Source: Octopus vulgaris
Taxonomy: Eukaryota
DNA: 64,000 bases
Assembly: GCA_951406725.2 (NCBI GenBank)
Contig: OX597836.1
Span: 29,636,001-29,700,000, forward strand
Direction of reading: 5' to 3'
Of the stretch, positions 53,252 through 64,000 are shown piece after piece (position 1 is the first letter of the stretch; each line of letters begins with the position of its first letter). A model generated the notes under the pieces. That model was not told where the DNA came from. It searched no databases and was given only the letters and a program-made list of their open reading frames with translations. A program made the position numbers and the translations under genes.

Positions 53252-53486
53252 TTGTATGTATGTTTGTTTGTATGTATGTATGTATGTATGTATGTATGTA
53301 TGTGTGTATGTATGTATGTATGTATGTATGTATGTATGTATGTATGTATGTTTGTTTGTTTGTATGTATGTATGTATGTATGTATGTATGCATGTAGGTA
53401 GGCAGGTAGGTAGATATATGTATGTGAATATGACTGTACGTATACACATATATATATATGCATGTGTGTGTCTCTCTGTGTGTGTG

Positions 53487-53547
<61 letters not shown>
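53010..53547. repeat. (GTAT/GTTT)n and (TA)n microsatellite
   Basis: Direct reading. Confidence 0.95.
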
Positions 53548-53768
53548 CCCTTTCATTACTGCATCTATTTTGAGATGCTCTGTGTTTCTTTCAATTACTT
53601 TAAATATAACAAAGAATTTAGTAAAATAACTTAGTTATCATTTAGCTAGTGTTAGGAACATCAATTGTGACTGAGGTTTGGTGGAAGATTTTAATTCAAA
53701 CCTTATGAAAACAAGGCATTTGTACAACAGAGCCAGAGGCAGTTTCAGCCGGGTTAGTATCGAAAGGG
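53548..53768. mobile_element. piggyBac-like MITE, second copy, flanked by ATAT
   Basis: ATAT|CCCTTTCATTAC...GTATCGAAAGGG|ATAT; body matches 32225-32433. Confidence 0.7.
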
Positions 53769-55375
53769 ATATATATATATATATATACACATTTGTAATT
53801 AGTGGCAAAAATAGTATTAGTTAAAAATAGCATTCTGCATATCATTATATCATACATCATATAAAACAGATACATTGTTCAAAGTCTGTTAAACTGCAAT
53901 ACATACATACATACCTACATACATACATACAAACATACATACATACATACATACATACATCATCATCATCGTTTAACATTTGCTTTCCATGATAGCATGG
54001 GTTGGACGATTTGACTGAGGACTGGCGAACCAGATGGCTGCACCAGGCTCCAATCTCATCTGGCTGAGTTTCTACAGCAGGATGCCCTTCCTAACGCCAA
54101 CCACTCCGAGAATGTAGTGGGTGCCTTTACATGCCACCGGCATGAGAGCCAGTCAGGCAGTACTGGCAATGGCTATGCTCAAATGGTGTTTTTTTACGTG
54201 CCACCTACACAGGAGCAAGTCTAGCGGCACTGGCAACGACCTTGTTTGAATGTTTTTTACAAGTGCCAGTAAGGCAACGCTGGTAACAATTATGCTCGAA
54301 TGTTGCTTTTTATGTGCCACTGGCACGGAAGCCAGTTTGCTGCTCTGGCAATGATCACACTTGAATGGTGCTCTTAGCACTCCATTAGCACGGATGCCAG
54401 TCATCAAATTTGATTTCGATTTCGATTTCACTTGCTTCAACAGGTCTTTGCAAGCAGAGTTTCGTGTCCAATGAAGGAAAGGCATGAATAAGTGGGCTGG
54501 TTACACCTCTGCCAAGACCCAGCAAGCCACATATATAACACAACTCACTTGACATTTATATTGCACAATATTAAAGCTCAATAAAAGAACAAAACCTAGA
54601 AAAGTCACTTAAAATATGACAGAAAAAAAGAAACTAAATCCCATAACAAGACGAACTGGTGCAGCACACCAACAGGAGGAGTCTACATTGCTGCAGTCCC
54701 CATAAAAATATGAGCACAATGCCACACACACCTTAAGAACATGGAGGTGCGCCAGGTGGGGCCATAGAAACATACATACACAAATACATACATACATATG
54801 TACGTACATATATATGTATGTATTGCAGTTTAACAGACTTTGAACGTTGTATCTGAGATCCACTCACAAGGCTTTGGTCGGCCCAAGGCTATAGTAGACA
54901 ACACTTGCCCGAGGTTCCACACTATGGGACTGAACCCAGAACCATGTGTTAGAGAAGCAAGCGTCTTACCACACAGCCACACCTGTGGTCAAAACCCTTT
55001 TTCTTTAGGAAAGACTTTGAGTAAATGTTTATATCCTGGATAGTTGAGATAGTTTGGAGAAGGAAAGAGAAAGGTTTAACTGAGTGTAACAGGAATATAG
55101 GCAGAATCCCAAACATGATCTTGCTGCCTAGGAATCAAACCCAAATCACAGTGTTCAGATATAAAGATACAAACATGATTTTGTTATAGATTAATGATGT
55201 CAGCAAACTACTGCCTGGTCAGATTTCTGGTAGAAATCACTGTATCCAAATAGAAAGACAACTAAACAATATGGATTGGATTTAGTAAGCGATTGATGAC
55301 ATCAGCAAATAACTGACCACCCAGATCTCTACAAGAAACAGGACGTCATGTTTTTTATGCCCTTTTGCTTTAAAA

Positions 55376-55429
<54 letters not shown>

Positions 55430-56406
55430 GGGGGACCCCCCCCTTCAGTCATGCATACCAGCCTTCCCTATCTACACCACTGATGTTATCCAAGAGAAAG
55501 ACAAAGGCCGATACGGCTTGGCACCAGTGATGTCAATTCATTGCTACAGCTGAGTTAACTGAGCCCGGTCTGGGAATCAAACTCACAACCTCATGATCGT
55601 AAGCTTGACACTCTAACCACTGAGCCATGCGCCTTCACACACACATATCATCATCATCGTTTAACGTCCGCTTTCCATGCTAGCATGGGTTGGACAGTTT
55701 GACTGTGGGCTGGTGAACAAGATGGCTGCACCAGGCTCCAGCTCACCTAGGACTGATGGCTACCTCATCAATGCCACTTAATATTGTTAATGATGATGAT
55801 ATATATTAATGACAGTGGTCATGATAAAACTTAAGTTAGCAAGCTGCGAGAATCTATGTTACTCATAGTTACTGTCCTTGCTGGAATACAATACCTCATA
55901 CGAACTGGTGAACTGTTTAAATTTGTGCAAATATATTTTTCTGTTGTTCTTCGTGGTGACACACTGTGTTTTTTTAACAATAAATAAATATTTTGTATTT
56001 GAAACTTGTATTTGAGTTCTTGTTCTTCCATCTTTCAAGTCAACCAAAATACCATATTTTCTGGTATAAAAGTCAATGTAGAATATAAAGTAAACATGTA
56101 ATGAAAACATTGAAACAATGTCACTATCTTTCTAAATCCTGCTGCATTTCACATGGAATTGTTTTTCCTCCAAAGTCGTCTTAGTGTATAAGTCAACCTT
56201 TTTCAGGCTGCAAATTTTGGTCTGAAATATTCGATTTGTTTGCTGGATATTATGGTACATCTTCATTACATTGGTGGCAACCACATCAAAATATTTGATC
56301 ATTACAAAAGAAAGAGTTGTGACAGGGTTTTGATGGATTCAGAAGGTTAAAATAGAAATCATGGATGTTCATACAGAAGTGAAAGAGGCTTTATAATTAT
56401 TTTTTC

Positions 56407-57000
56407 ACTTGTCAGACTCTAATGGTGGAGGGCATATATACCTTCACTTCAAACTGGAGGTAGATAACTGTTACTGTCAGTTCATAAACAAAGAATAATA
56501 TACACTGATTGAGCTTTAAACTGGACGAGTAATATCCCTTAGACTGGTCCTGTTGGCAAATCTTGTGGACCTAAAGGGCAAACAAGGAATCATTGCCCTT
56601 ACACTGTTTCCAGTCTGCAAAAACTTTTTTCAGCTCTAAAATCGACAAATGGTGAATCCCACGCCTGCAGCAGGTAGTGTTTGAAATGGGGTCAGGGACT
56701 ATAGATCTCATGTCTTGAGTTTAAGAGAGATTTTGGGTCCAACGAGTCTTTAAGGATCCTTCATCATCCGCTCCTCTTTATATAGGACCCCGGCCACTCT
56801 ATGATCCACCATTTAATTTCATATGGAGTTCCTTTATCCTTAAGGTGCCACATGTAGCTGGCCAGAGAAGAGACATAACGCCTTTCCAGAACTCTAAAAA
56901 AGGACCTGTGGTTGTACAGGCACTGCTTAAAGGCAGTTCTGGCCAACCTGATATATCGCTGGAGTTGAGTGTGGGTTGTGTTCACACCTCTGGTGTATCT
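56407..57000 (-). mobile_element. Penelope-like retroelement 3' relic: GIY-YIG endonuclease C-terminus, 3' UTR and truncated hammerhead-bearing terminus
   Basis: Minus strand reads ...RYIRLARTAFKQCLYNHRSFF...SSLASYMWHLKDKGTPYEIKWWIIE...SLLNSRHEIYSP*PHFKHYLL. This matches the PLE GIY-YIG pattern YIG..FK.R..NH...LS.Y.W.LK...Y.IKW.I...LN.R.E...C.H. Stops and deletions are present. Confidence 0.8.
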
Positions 57001-57139
57001 TCTCTTGGCTCCGGGCCAAGAGTTGTTGTTATTGCCACTGCTGTTAGTGGAGCTGTCATTGATGCTGTTATAACAGGGCATAGGTCTGGCAATATCACTA
57101 TAGTTGTCACTGTTGCAGTAGTCATACCTGGTTGTAGCG

Positions 57140-57505
57140 CTGGTGTTGCTGCTGCTGTTGTTGTTGAGCGAAGTGGTCTTCGTCCCAGAGCTCACAGTGG
57201 GAGAAGTCCAAATCATGGTCCTTTGCTATTCATAAGACCCGCAGAAGAGATAGCAGGTCACCCCCTGACATCGAGAACATCGACGGATGGATGAATGCGC
57301 ATCCAGGCTCAGCGGTTGTGTAGGAAGTCAGGGACAAGAAACAGGAAGAAAGAGTGAGAGGAAGTTGGGGCGAAAGAGTACAACAGGGGTCGCCACCCCA
57401 CTCTGGAGCTTTAGGTGTTTTCGCTCAATAAACACACACAACGCCCGGTTTGGGAATCGAAACCGCAAGTCCGCTGCCCTAACCACTGGGCCATTGCGCC
57501 TCCAC
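57140..57505 (-). mobile_element. SINE family C, tail type 4
   Basis: Same head and body; different sequence after CTTTCTTCCTGTTTCT, ending (CAA/CAG)n. Confidence 0.7.
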
Positions 57506-57829
57506 TTGTTGTTGGTGCTGCGGTCGTTGCTGTCAGTGCTGGTGTTTCTACCGATTAATGTGTTGCCACGCTTCCGCCTCCTCTCCCCCAACACACACGA
57601 TGGGCTTCTTTCAGTCTCTCCCGGAAAGCCTGGAAAGCAGCAATTATCAGTTAAGATGGAGCAATCAGAAAAATGCCCATCAAATCGACATGTGCCACAC
57701 ATCAGATGTTGAAGTGATTGCTGAGCAACGTGAAATAAAAAAAATTTATACAAGAACACAACGCTCTGTCCAGCCTGGAAATCGAACCCATGATCTCGTA
57801 ATCATGAGTGCAACACCTTAATCACTAGG

Positions 57830-59600
57830 CCTCAGGCCCTCCTCAGCTACGGAATAAACTACAAAACTTCAAGGAAAGCCAGTATGTGTAAAGGGAAATA
57901 AACAGGATTTAACTATATTTCAAAGGTACATAACTCTAACAATACTAAGTTTCTCGATTAAAAATGGCAGCCGAGGAAGTTCACAATAACGACCAGGATT
58001 CTGTGAAAGGATCAAAGGCGAAAAAAGTCGCCAAACATGATTCGGGAGCGGCTGATTTGGAAAAGGTTACGGATTTTGTCGAAGAATATGAAATATCTTC
58101 TTATAGCATCCAGGATGTAAGTAATTATCAACAGTTTTCTTATAAATTCCATTCGCTCTACACATGTGCTTCTGTACCGAGCATCTGAGAAAAGAGGCAG
58201 AAATAATTTTTAAATAACTCTCTTACAATAATAAACTAGTTTTTCGTACTTAAATGAGTATTCATGTCTATTTCGTAATTCCGGCGTAATCCGTTCAGTT
58301 AATTAAAGCTATACTTTATTTCTATAATTAGTTACCATAACATTCTTTACTTAAGCCAGATATGGCATACCTACACAAAGATGCCCATCCGAATTTGTTT
58401 CCTAATAACTTTTCGAAAAATGAATATTTTCAAATGTAATTTTCTACAAGCAACTTTTAGATGACGTAAATTCCGATTATATCGACATTTAACGTAAAAA
58501 ATTTTAAAAATTGGTGGGCGCGCGTACACACACATATATATATATACTGACACATATGTCTACAAAATGAAAGTTGAAATTTTGAAAGAATGATGTGCCC
58601 ACCAATTTTTTCTTTTTGTTTTTATTGGCGATCTTTACATTAAATAAATTCCGATATAACTGTAATCTACACCATCTGAAACATACTATAGAATGTTTCA
58701 CCGAGGAAACGAAGTCGGTGTGTGTGTGTGGAGGGCTCACTTGTGTAGGTACGCTACCAATATAAAGGTGCAATATCACTAGATAATACATTTATATTTA
58801 AAAAATTGACTAATGTTTTATCTCGTAGAAACCATTATCTTTTTATTCGCTTTAATACCTGCAACTTCAGAGTTTCTAAAGTTTCGTATCTTCCGTTCAC
58901 GGATCTTTTACATGGTAAAACATTTTTTACATCCGAACTCCAAACATAACGACATTACCAAATAAAACCTCCGCGATAATTCACAGAACAACGTTTAAAA
59001 ATATATTGTAATATTTTTTACGGACAAATTAAGAAACAAAATATAGTCGCTAATTATTCAATGTAAATGATATTAAACTGGACGGCAGTCTAATTAAACG
59101 TGGTCGACCGGCAAGCGGAAGATAGGGAATTCTGTCTACGCTTGTTTATCATCTATTCTGAATCAATTAATTATTTATAATGTATATTATGTAAATGAAG
59201 GACAATTAAAAAGCATAGCATTCTCGCGGAAAGAATGCCAAAATTACTATAATTAACAAATCAAATATAATTTGGTATTTTTAAATTTTTTTGTTATGGT
59301 TCTTTTGGAAATATTTCTGCGGGATTAATTAATAAAACCAAAACATTCCGGGGAAAATATAAAAGTATTCCTGGATATCTCGAGTAAACGAAACGAATAT
59401 GTAAACGTTTACAAGTCACTTATTAAATGTCCTTGTACGAGACTTCTCTTTTTAATTGCTGAACACTGCAAATTGTTGATATACTGCCCCCATCGACTCT
59501 GTTTCTTCATAACTTGAAGAAGAAAAAGGGATATTTTTATTGAAATTTTCCACAAATTTCGTTCATATCGGATTTAGTTGGAAAAAAAAATTACTTCTGG
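57830..59600. promoter_or_regulatory. CpG-retaining unique region around the HYPK 5' end (probable unmethylated promoter/first intron)
   Basis: Repeat-poor sequence with many CpGs (e.g. cgtaattccggcgtaatccg, ggtcgaccggcaagcggaag), against CpG-depleted flanks. Judged by eye. Confidence 0.5.
57964..58116 (+). CDS. HYPK: Huntingtin-interacting protein K (NatA-associated chaperone), coding exon 1
   Basis: ATG in AAAATGG context; encodes MAAEEV...KHDSGAADLEKVTDFVEEYEISSYSIQD, matching the HYPK hallmark KHDSGAADLERVTDYAEE. 51 codons, followed by a phase-0 GTAAGT donor at 58117. Confidence 0.95.
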
Positions 59601-60411
59601 AATTTGTTTAATGAATATTGTTTGATAAAATGAAAATTTCCAGAGATACCAGCATAATTTGAAAAAACCCCCAAAAAACCCCCTGAGGTCTGCTGGTATA
59701 AGCCTTACAATGTACCCACATAATCCCTGGTATTTCTAGCATAGTAAGCGACCACTTAGCGGGTGGGTTACTTTTAAGTTTGTTTAATACGTGAAATCAA
59801 AATCAAGTGTGATCATTCACAGAGCGGCTAACCGGCTTCAGTGCCAGTGGCACTTAAAAGGCACCATTCTAGCGTGATTGTTACCAGTGTTGCCTCACTG
59901 GCACTCGAGCCCCGGGCTAGTAGGGTATTAAGAGCACCATCCGAGCATGATCGTTGCCAGAGCAGCTATCTGGCCTCCGTGCCAGTGGCACGTAAAAGCA
60001 ACCACTACACTCTCGGAGTGGTTGGTGTTAGGAAGGGCATCTAGCTGTAGAAACTCTGCCAGATCAAGATTGAAGCCTGGTGCAGCCATCTGGTTTGCCA
60101 GCCCTCAGTCATTCGTCCAACTCATGCTAGCATGGAAAGCAGGTGTTAAACGATGATGATGATGAAAGACTGCTATAAAATAATGAAAGAAATAATTGTT
60201 AGCATTAACATAATATGCACCTTTCTACAAAGATTTCTTTCAAATATGCATGCTAATAGAAGACCCACATTAAACTCCTCACTCATATCACTATCGAACC
60301 AAGAGTTTAACTACGGTCTGTCCATAGCACTTACTTAGTGTTACCTTCCACTCTTTGGTTCTTCTAGATACCAATACCTCTATTTGTGTGAAGCCGCACT
60401 AGTGTTGCAAA

Positions 60412-60624
60412 CATTATCAATTACATATACTCAATGTACGTACATTGTTTATTTTCCAATAGGCTGTGGTTTAGCATGGTGGGGATGACTCACTCAAAAC
60501 ACTGGGGCTAAGACTTTCAAGTGTTTTAACAACCGGCGCTTTGAGGGAGTCATTCCTACTGTGCTATTCCGCAACCTACTGGCCAACAAGCAAAGTATGT
60601 ACATTGAGTATGTGTGGTCAATGA
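60412..60624. repeat. Fold-back palindrome (~90-bp arms) in HYPK intron 1
   Basis: TACTCAATGTAC...GATGACTCACTCAAA pairs with TTTGAGGGAGTCATT...GTACATTGAGTA. Confidence 0.8.
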
Positions 60625-60875
60625 TATATACTCTTTTTACTCTCTTTTACTTGTTTCAGTCATTTGACTGCGGCCATGCTGGAGCACCGCCTTTAGTCGA
60701 GCAAATCAACCCAAGGACTTATTCTTTGAAAACCTAGTACTTATTCTATCGGTCTCTTTTGCTAAGTTACGGGGACGTAAACACACCAGCATCGGTTGTG
60801 AAGCAATGTTGGGGGACAAACACAGACACACAAACATACACATACACACACACACACACACATATATATACACAC

Positions 60876-60906
<31 letters not shown>

Positions 60907-62252
60907 CGATGGGCCTCTTTCAGTTTCCGTCTACCAAATCCACTCACAAGGCCTTTGTCGGCCCAAGGCTATAGTTGAAGACACTTGCCCAATGTGCCAC
61001 GCAGTGGGAATGAACCCAGAACCATGTGGCTGGTAAGCAAGCTACTTACCACACAGCCATATTTATTTATATATATATATAAGGTGAGCAAAAGTGTACG
61101 TATGCTGCTATATGTATATATGAATCCAAAAAATGGAACAAGAATGCAACAGACAATAATAAAACATCCGGCCTGATAGACGATACAAAGACGAATGGGA
61201 AAAAACAAGGATGGATCATTCGCAGCCTTCTCTCATCAGTCAAGTTTCCAGACCATATATATAAAATCATTTAACATTTTTAGCATACTGGCATTGGTTG
61301 GGTGGTTCGACAGGAACTGATGAGCTGGAAGGCTGTGCTGAGCTAAAGTGTCTGCTTTGGCATGATTTCCACAGCTAGATACCCTTCTTAACACCAACTA
61401 CTTTACAAAGTGTACTAGGTGCTTTTTTTTTTTGTGGTACCAGCATTGTAGTGAAGTCTCCAAGTACTCACAAGACTAGACTACTCAACATTTACACACT
61501 GTATGTGTGTAATATATTTATATATATTTATAATCATCATTCTCATAATTTCATTATCCATTTCCATGCTTGCATGAGTCAGATATGACTACATAGAAGC
61601 AGTTTCCCAGGACATCCAGGCATAGAAAATTCTGCTCTAATGAAGTCTTGTCTGACCCATGCCTGCATGGAAAAGTGGATATTGAAATAATGATGATTAT
61701 GTATGTGTGTGTGTGTATGCCTACATCATGTGGAAAAGATGTTGATCCTCTCTTTTGCTTTGTGCACCAGATTGGTGCTATGTAAAAAGCACCCATCATA
61801 CTTTGTAAAGTGGTTGACATTAGAAGGGTGTCCATCCGTAGAAACCAAGCTAAAGCAGATTCAAACCTGGTGCAGCTCTCCTGCTTGCCAGCTCTGATCA
61901 AACCAGATGTTAAATGATGAAGAAGAAAATTACAAGAATGTGAGGTCATTTAAGACTCATCTAACCCAGGTAAGCTTTAATGGGTGGGGGAAGGAAGAGA
62001 CCTAAAAATGACATTGATGATGGGACAGAGCAGTGCTCAGGGCATAGATGTATGGTATTTTTTTTGAGTGTATAATATAGTGATTTCAAATTTGGCGGAG
62101 AGGGGGATATATACATCACAGAACCCATGAAACTGATCTTATGAGGCTATGGCTTGGGAAGGACCTTTGATCATTTTGATAAGAGGTTCTGGACTATCAG
62201 TGTCCAGAAAGTCAGTGTTGTATCTGTATTGATGTTGTTGTTGTTATTGCAG

Positions 62253-62360
62253 GCTATGAAGGTGATGAATGATCGGAAAACAAAAGAAGTTAGTGAGAAA
62301 CAAGAAAAAGAAAAAGAACTCTCCAAAGTGAAAATTAATAAAGAAGACGTTGATTTAATT
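62253..62360 (+). CDS. HYPK: HYPK coding exon 2 (terminal exon not found in window)
   Basis: TTGCAG acceptor, then AMKVMNDRKTKEVSEKQEKEKELSKVKINKEDVDLI (cf. human AMSVIGDRRSREQKAKQEREKELAKVTIKKEDLELI). GTAAGT donor at 62361; phase 0 at both ends, in frame with exon 1. Confidence 0.95.
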
Positions 62361-64000
62361 GTAAGTTATCTCTTTGTCTCCTTCTTCTTCTAAATCTACT
62401 TTCTCTCTTCAGATAAAAAAATGCTTTGTGATATTTGTTCCAGCTGTCTGCACATTGAGTTCAAATTCGGCTAGGGTTGACTTTGCCAGCCATCATTCAA
62501 TGAAAAACCAGTCGAGTACTAAGGCTGATTCTTCTCTCTGACTATCTATCTATCTATCTGTTTGTCTGTCTGTCTCTCAGCTATGAGAAAGATTGACCAA
62601 AATAACCAACAACCACTTCTCTTAGAAAAACTTACTGCAGGATCTGTTCAAGAACAGATCGTTGGCACCAACACAACACAAAGTAAAGATATAATAGGTT
62701 GTAGAATGAACTACATTTGGCTTGTGTTGCTACTACTACTACTGGACATCAATATGAACACTCTTTTGGCTAACACCATAATGACCATGACCACCACCTC
62801 TACAATTGTCCATAACCTTGGTTTCCTTTCAGATAAAGTGTCAAATTTTGAAAGGGATACTTTTATTCTTTTACTTTTTTTCAGTCATATGACTGTGGCC
62901 ATGCTGAAGCACTGCCTGAAAAGGTTTTAGTCAAACAAATCGATCTCAGGACTTATTCTTTGTAAGCCTAGTACTTATTCTATCGGTCACTTTTGCCGAA
63001 CCGCTAAGTTACGGGGACGTAAACACACCAGCATCAGTTGTCAAGCGATGTTGGGGGACAAACACACATACATATATATACACGATGGGCTTCTTTCAGT
63101 TTCCGTCTACCAAATCCACTCACAAGGCTTTGGTCGGCCCAAGGCTATAGTAGAAGACACTTGCCCAAGGTGCCACGCAGTGGGACTGAACCCAGGAACC
63201 ATGTGGTTGGTAAGCAAGCTACTTACCACACAGCCACTCCTACACCTATATACACAAATATATATACATACATATGTATGTGCACACACACATACATAAA
63301 TTTAGAGGTGGATAGTCAATTTAACTACTTTCAGTAAATGACTGATACTTTATTTATTTCTGGTTTTCTCTTTTAACCTTCTGTCCACCTCCAGAAGGCT
63401 GAATGGTAAATTCAACCTTGTTGGGACTTGAACCCCAGATATACAAGAATGTAACCACATTGTATTTTGTTTACCACTTTATCAATTGTGCCAGCACCTC
63501 TATGTAGTCATTTCGGAGAAAGGGCAGAAAGTAATCAGTTGTACAACTTCGGTGTTTGATTGATACTTATTTTATCGACCCAGGAAGAATAAAAGCATAA
63601 GCAACTTTCGTGAGATTTGAACTTGCAATGCTACAGAACACCTCTAAGTAATGCAATACGTTTTTGCCTGCTGCTATAACGATTCTGGATTTGTTACAAA
63701 ATAATTATTACAAAGATGTTTGTTAGTCTCTCAACACTCATTGCACTTCTTCATTATTCTAAATATGCCCCTCTCTAAAATTTAATTATCATTTTAAAAA
63801 ATATGAATATAGATGCAGATGTGGCTGTGTGGTAAGAAGATTGCTTCCCAACTATGTGGTTCTGGGTTCAATCCCATTGCTTGGTACCTTGGACAAATGT
63901 CTTCTACTGTAAGCACTGTAAGTGGATTTGGTATGCGGAAACTGAAAGAAGCTCTTCATGTATATATATTTGTGTGTGAGAGAGAGTGATTGGGTGTATA

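Noticed and set aside
52906-53573. Long HTYI/MYVC ORFs (also near 4.5, 19, 26, 28.8 kb)
   Set aside because: (TA)n/(TACA)n arrays lack stop codons; not genes.
56845-57294. 149-aa plus-strand ORF
   Set aside because: Antisense read of the Penelope relic, a low-complexity tract and a SINE tail.
62562-62930. ORF as HYPK exon 3
   Set aside because: No resemblance to the HYPK C-terminus (EMEI...AE..LREH.G.VV.AL); runs into a SINE.

Overview
AT-rich, microsatellite- and SINE-saturated animal genomic DNA. The repeat families look like those of octopus (coleoid cephalopod); this is inferred from recalled repeat sequence, not from a search. One protein-coding gene is clearly recognisable: HYPK (+ strand), with coding exons 1-2 at 57964-58116 and 62253-62360. 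Its last exon was not found and is presumably beyond the window. The rest is mainly tRNA-derived SINEs (three families, labelled A, B and C here), 3' ends of RTE-like LINEs, an R4/Dong-like RT relic, a Penelope-like GIY-YIG relic, DD37D (maT-type) Tc1/mariner relics, non-autonomous Helitrons, and piggyBac, hAT, Tc2-like and 9-bp-TSD MITEs. Most notable observations: (i) several hammerhead-ribozyme motifs, including a head-to-head hammerhead palindrome whose sequence recurs at the 3' end of the Penelope GIY-YIG relic, an intact minimal hammerhead core, and a probable tRNA-headed element with a hammerhead tail; (ii) one SINE head carrying four different tails; (iii) many long fold-back palindromes; (iv) a CpG-decay mosaic plus splice-bounded segments suggesting an unrecognised minus-strand gene upstream of HYPK. 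Nearly all ORFs in the supplied track are microsatellite or SINE artefacts. Repeat boundaries are approximate unless a TSD or terminus is quoted.
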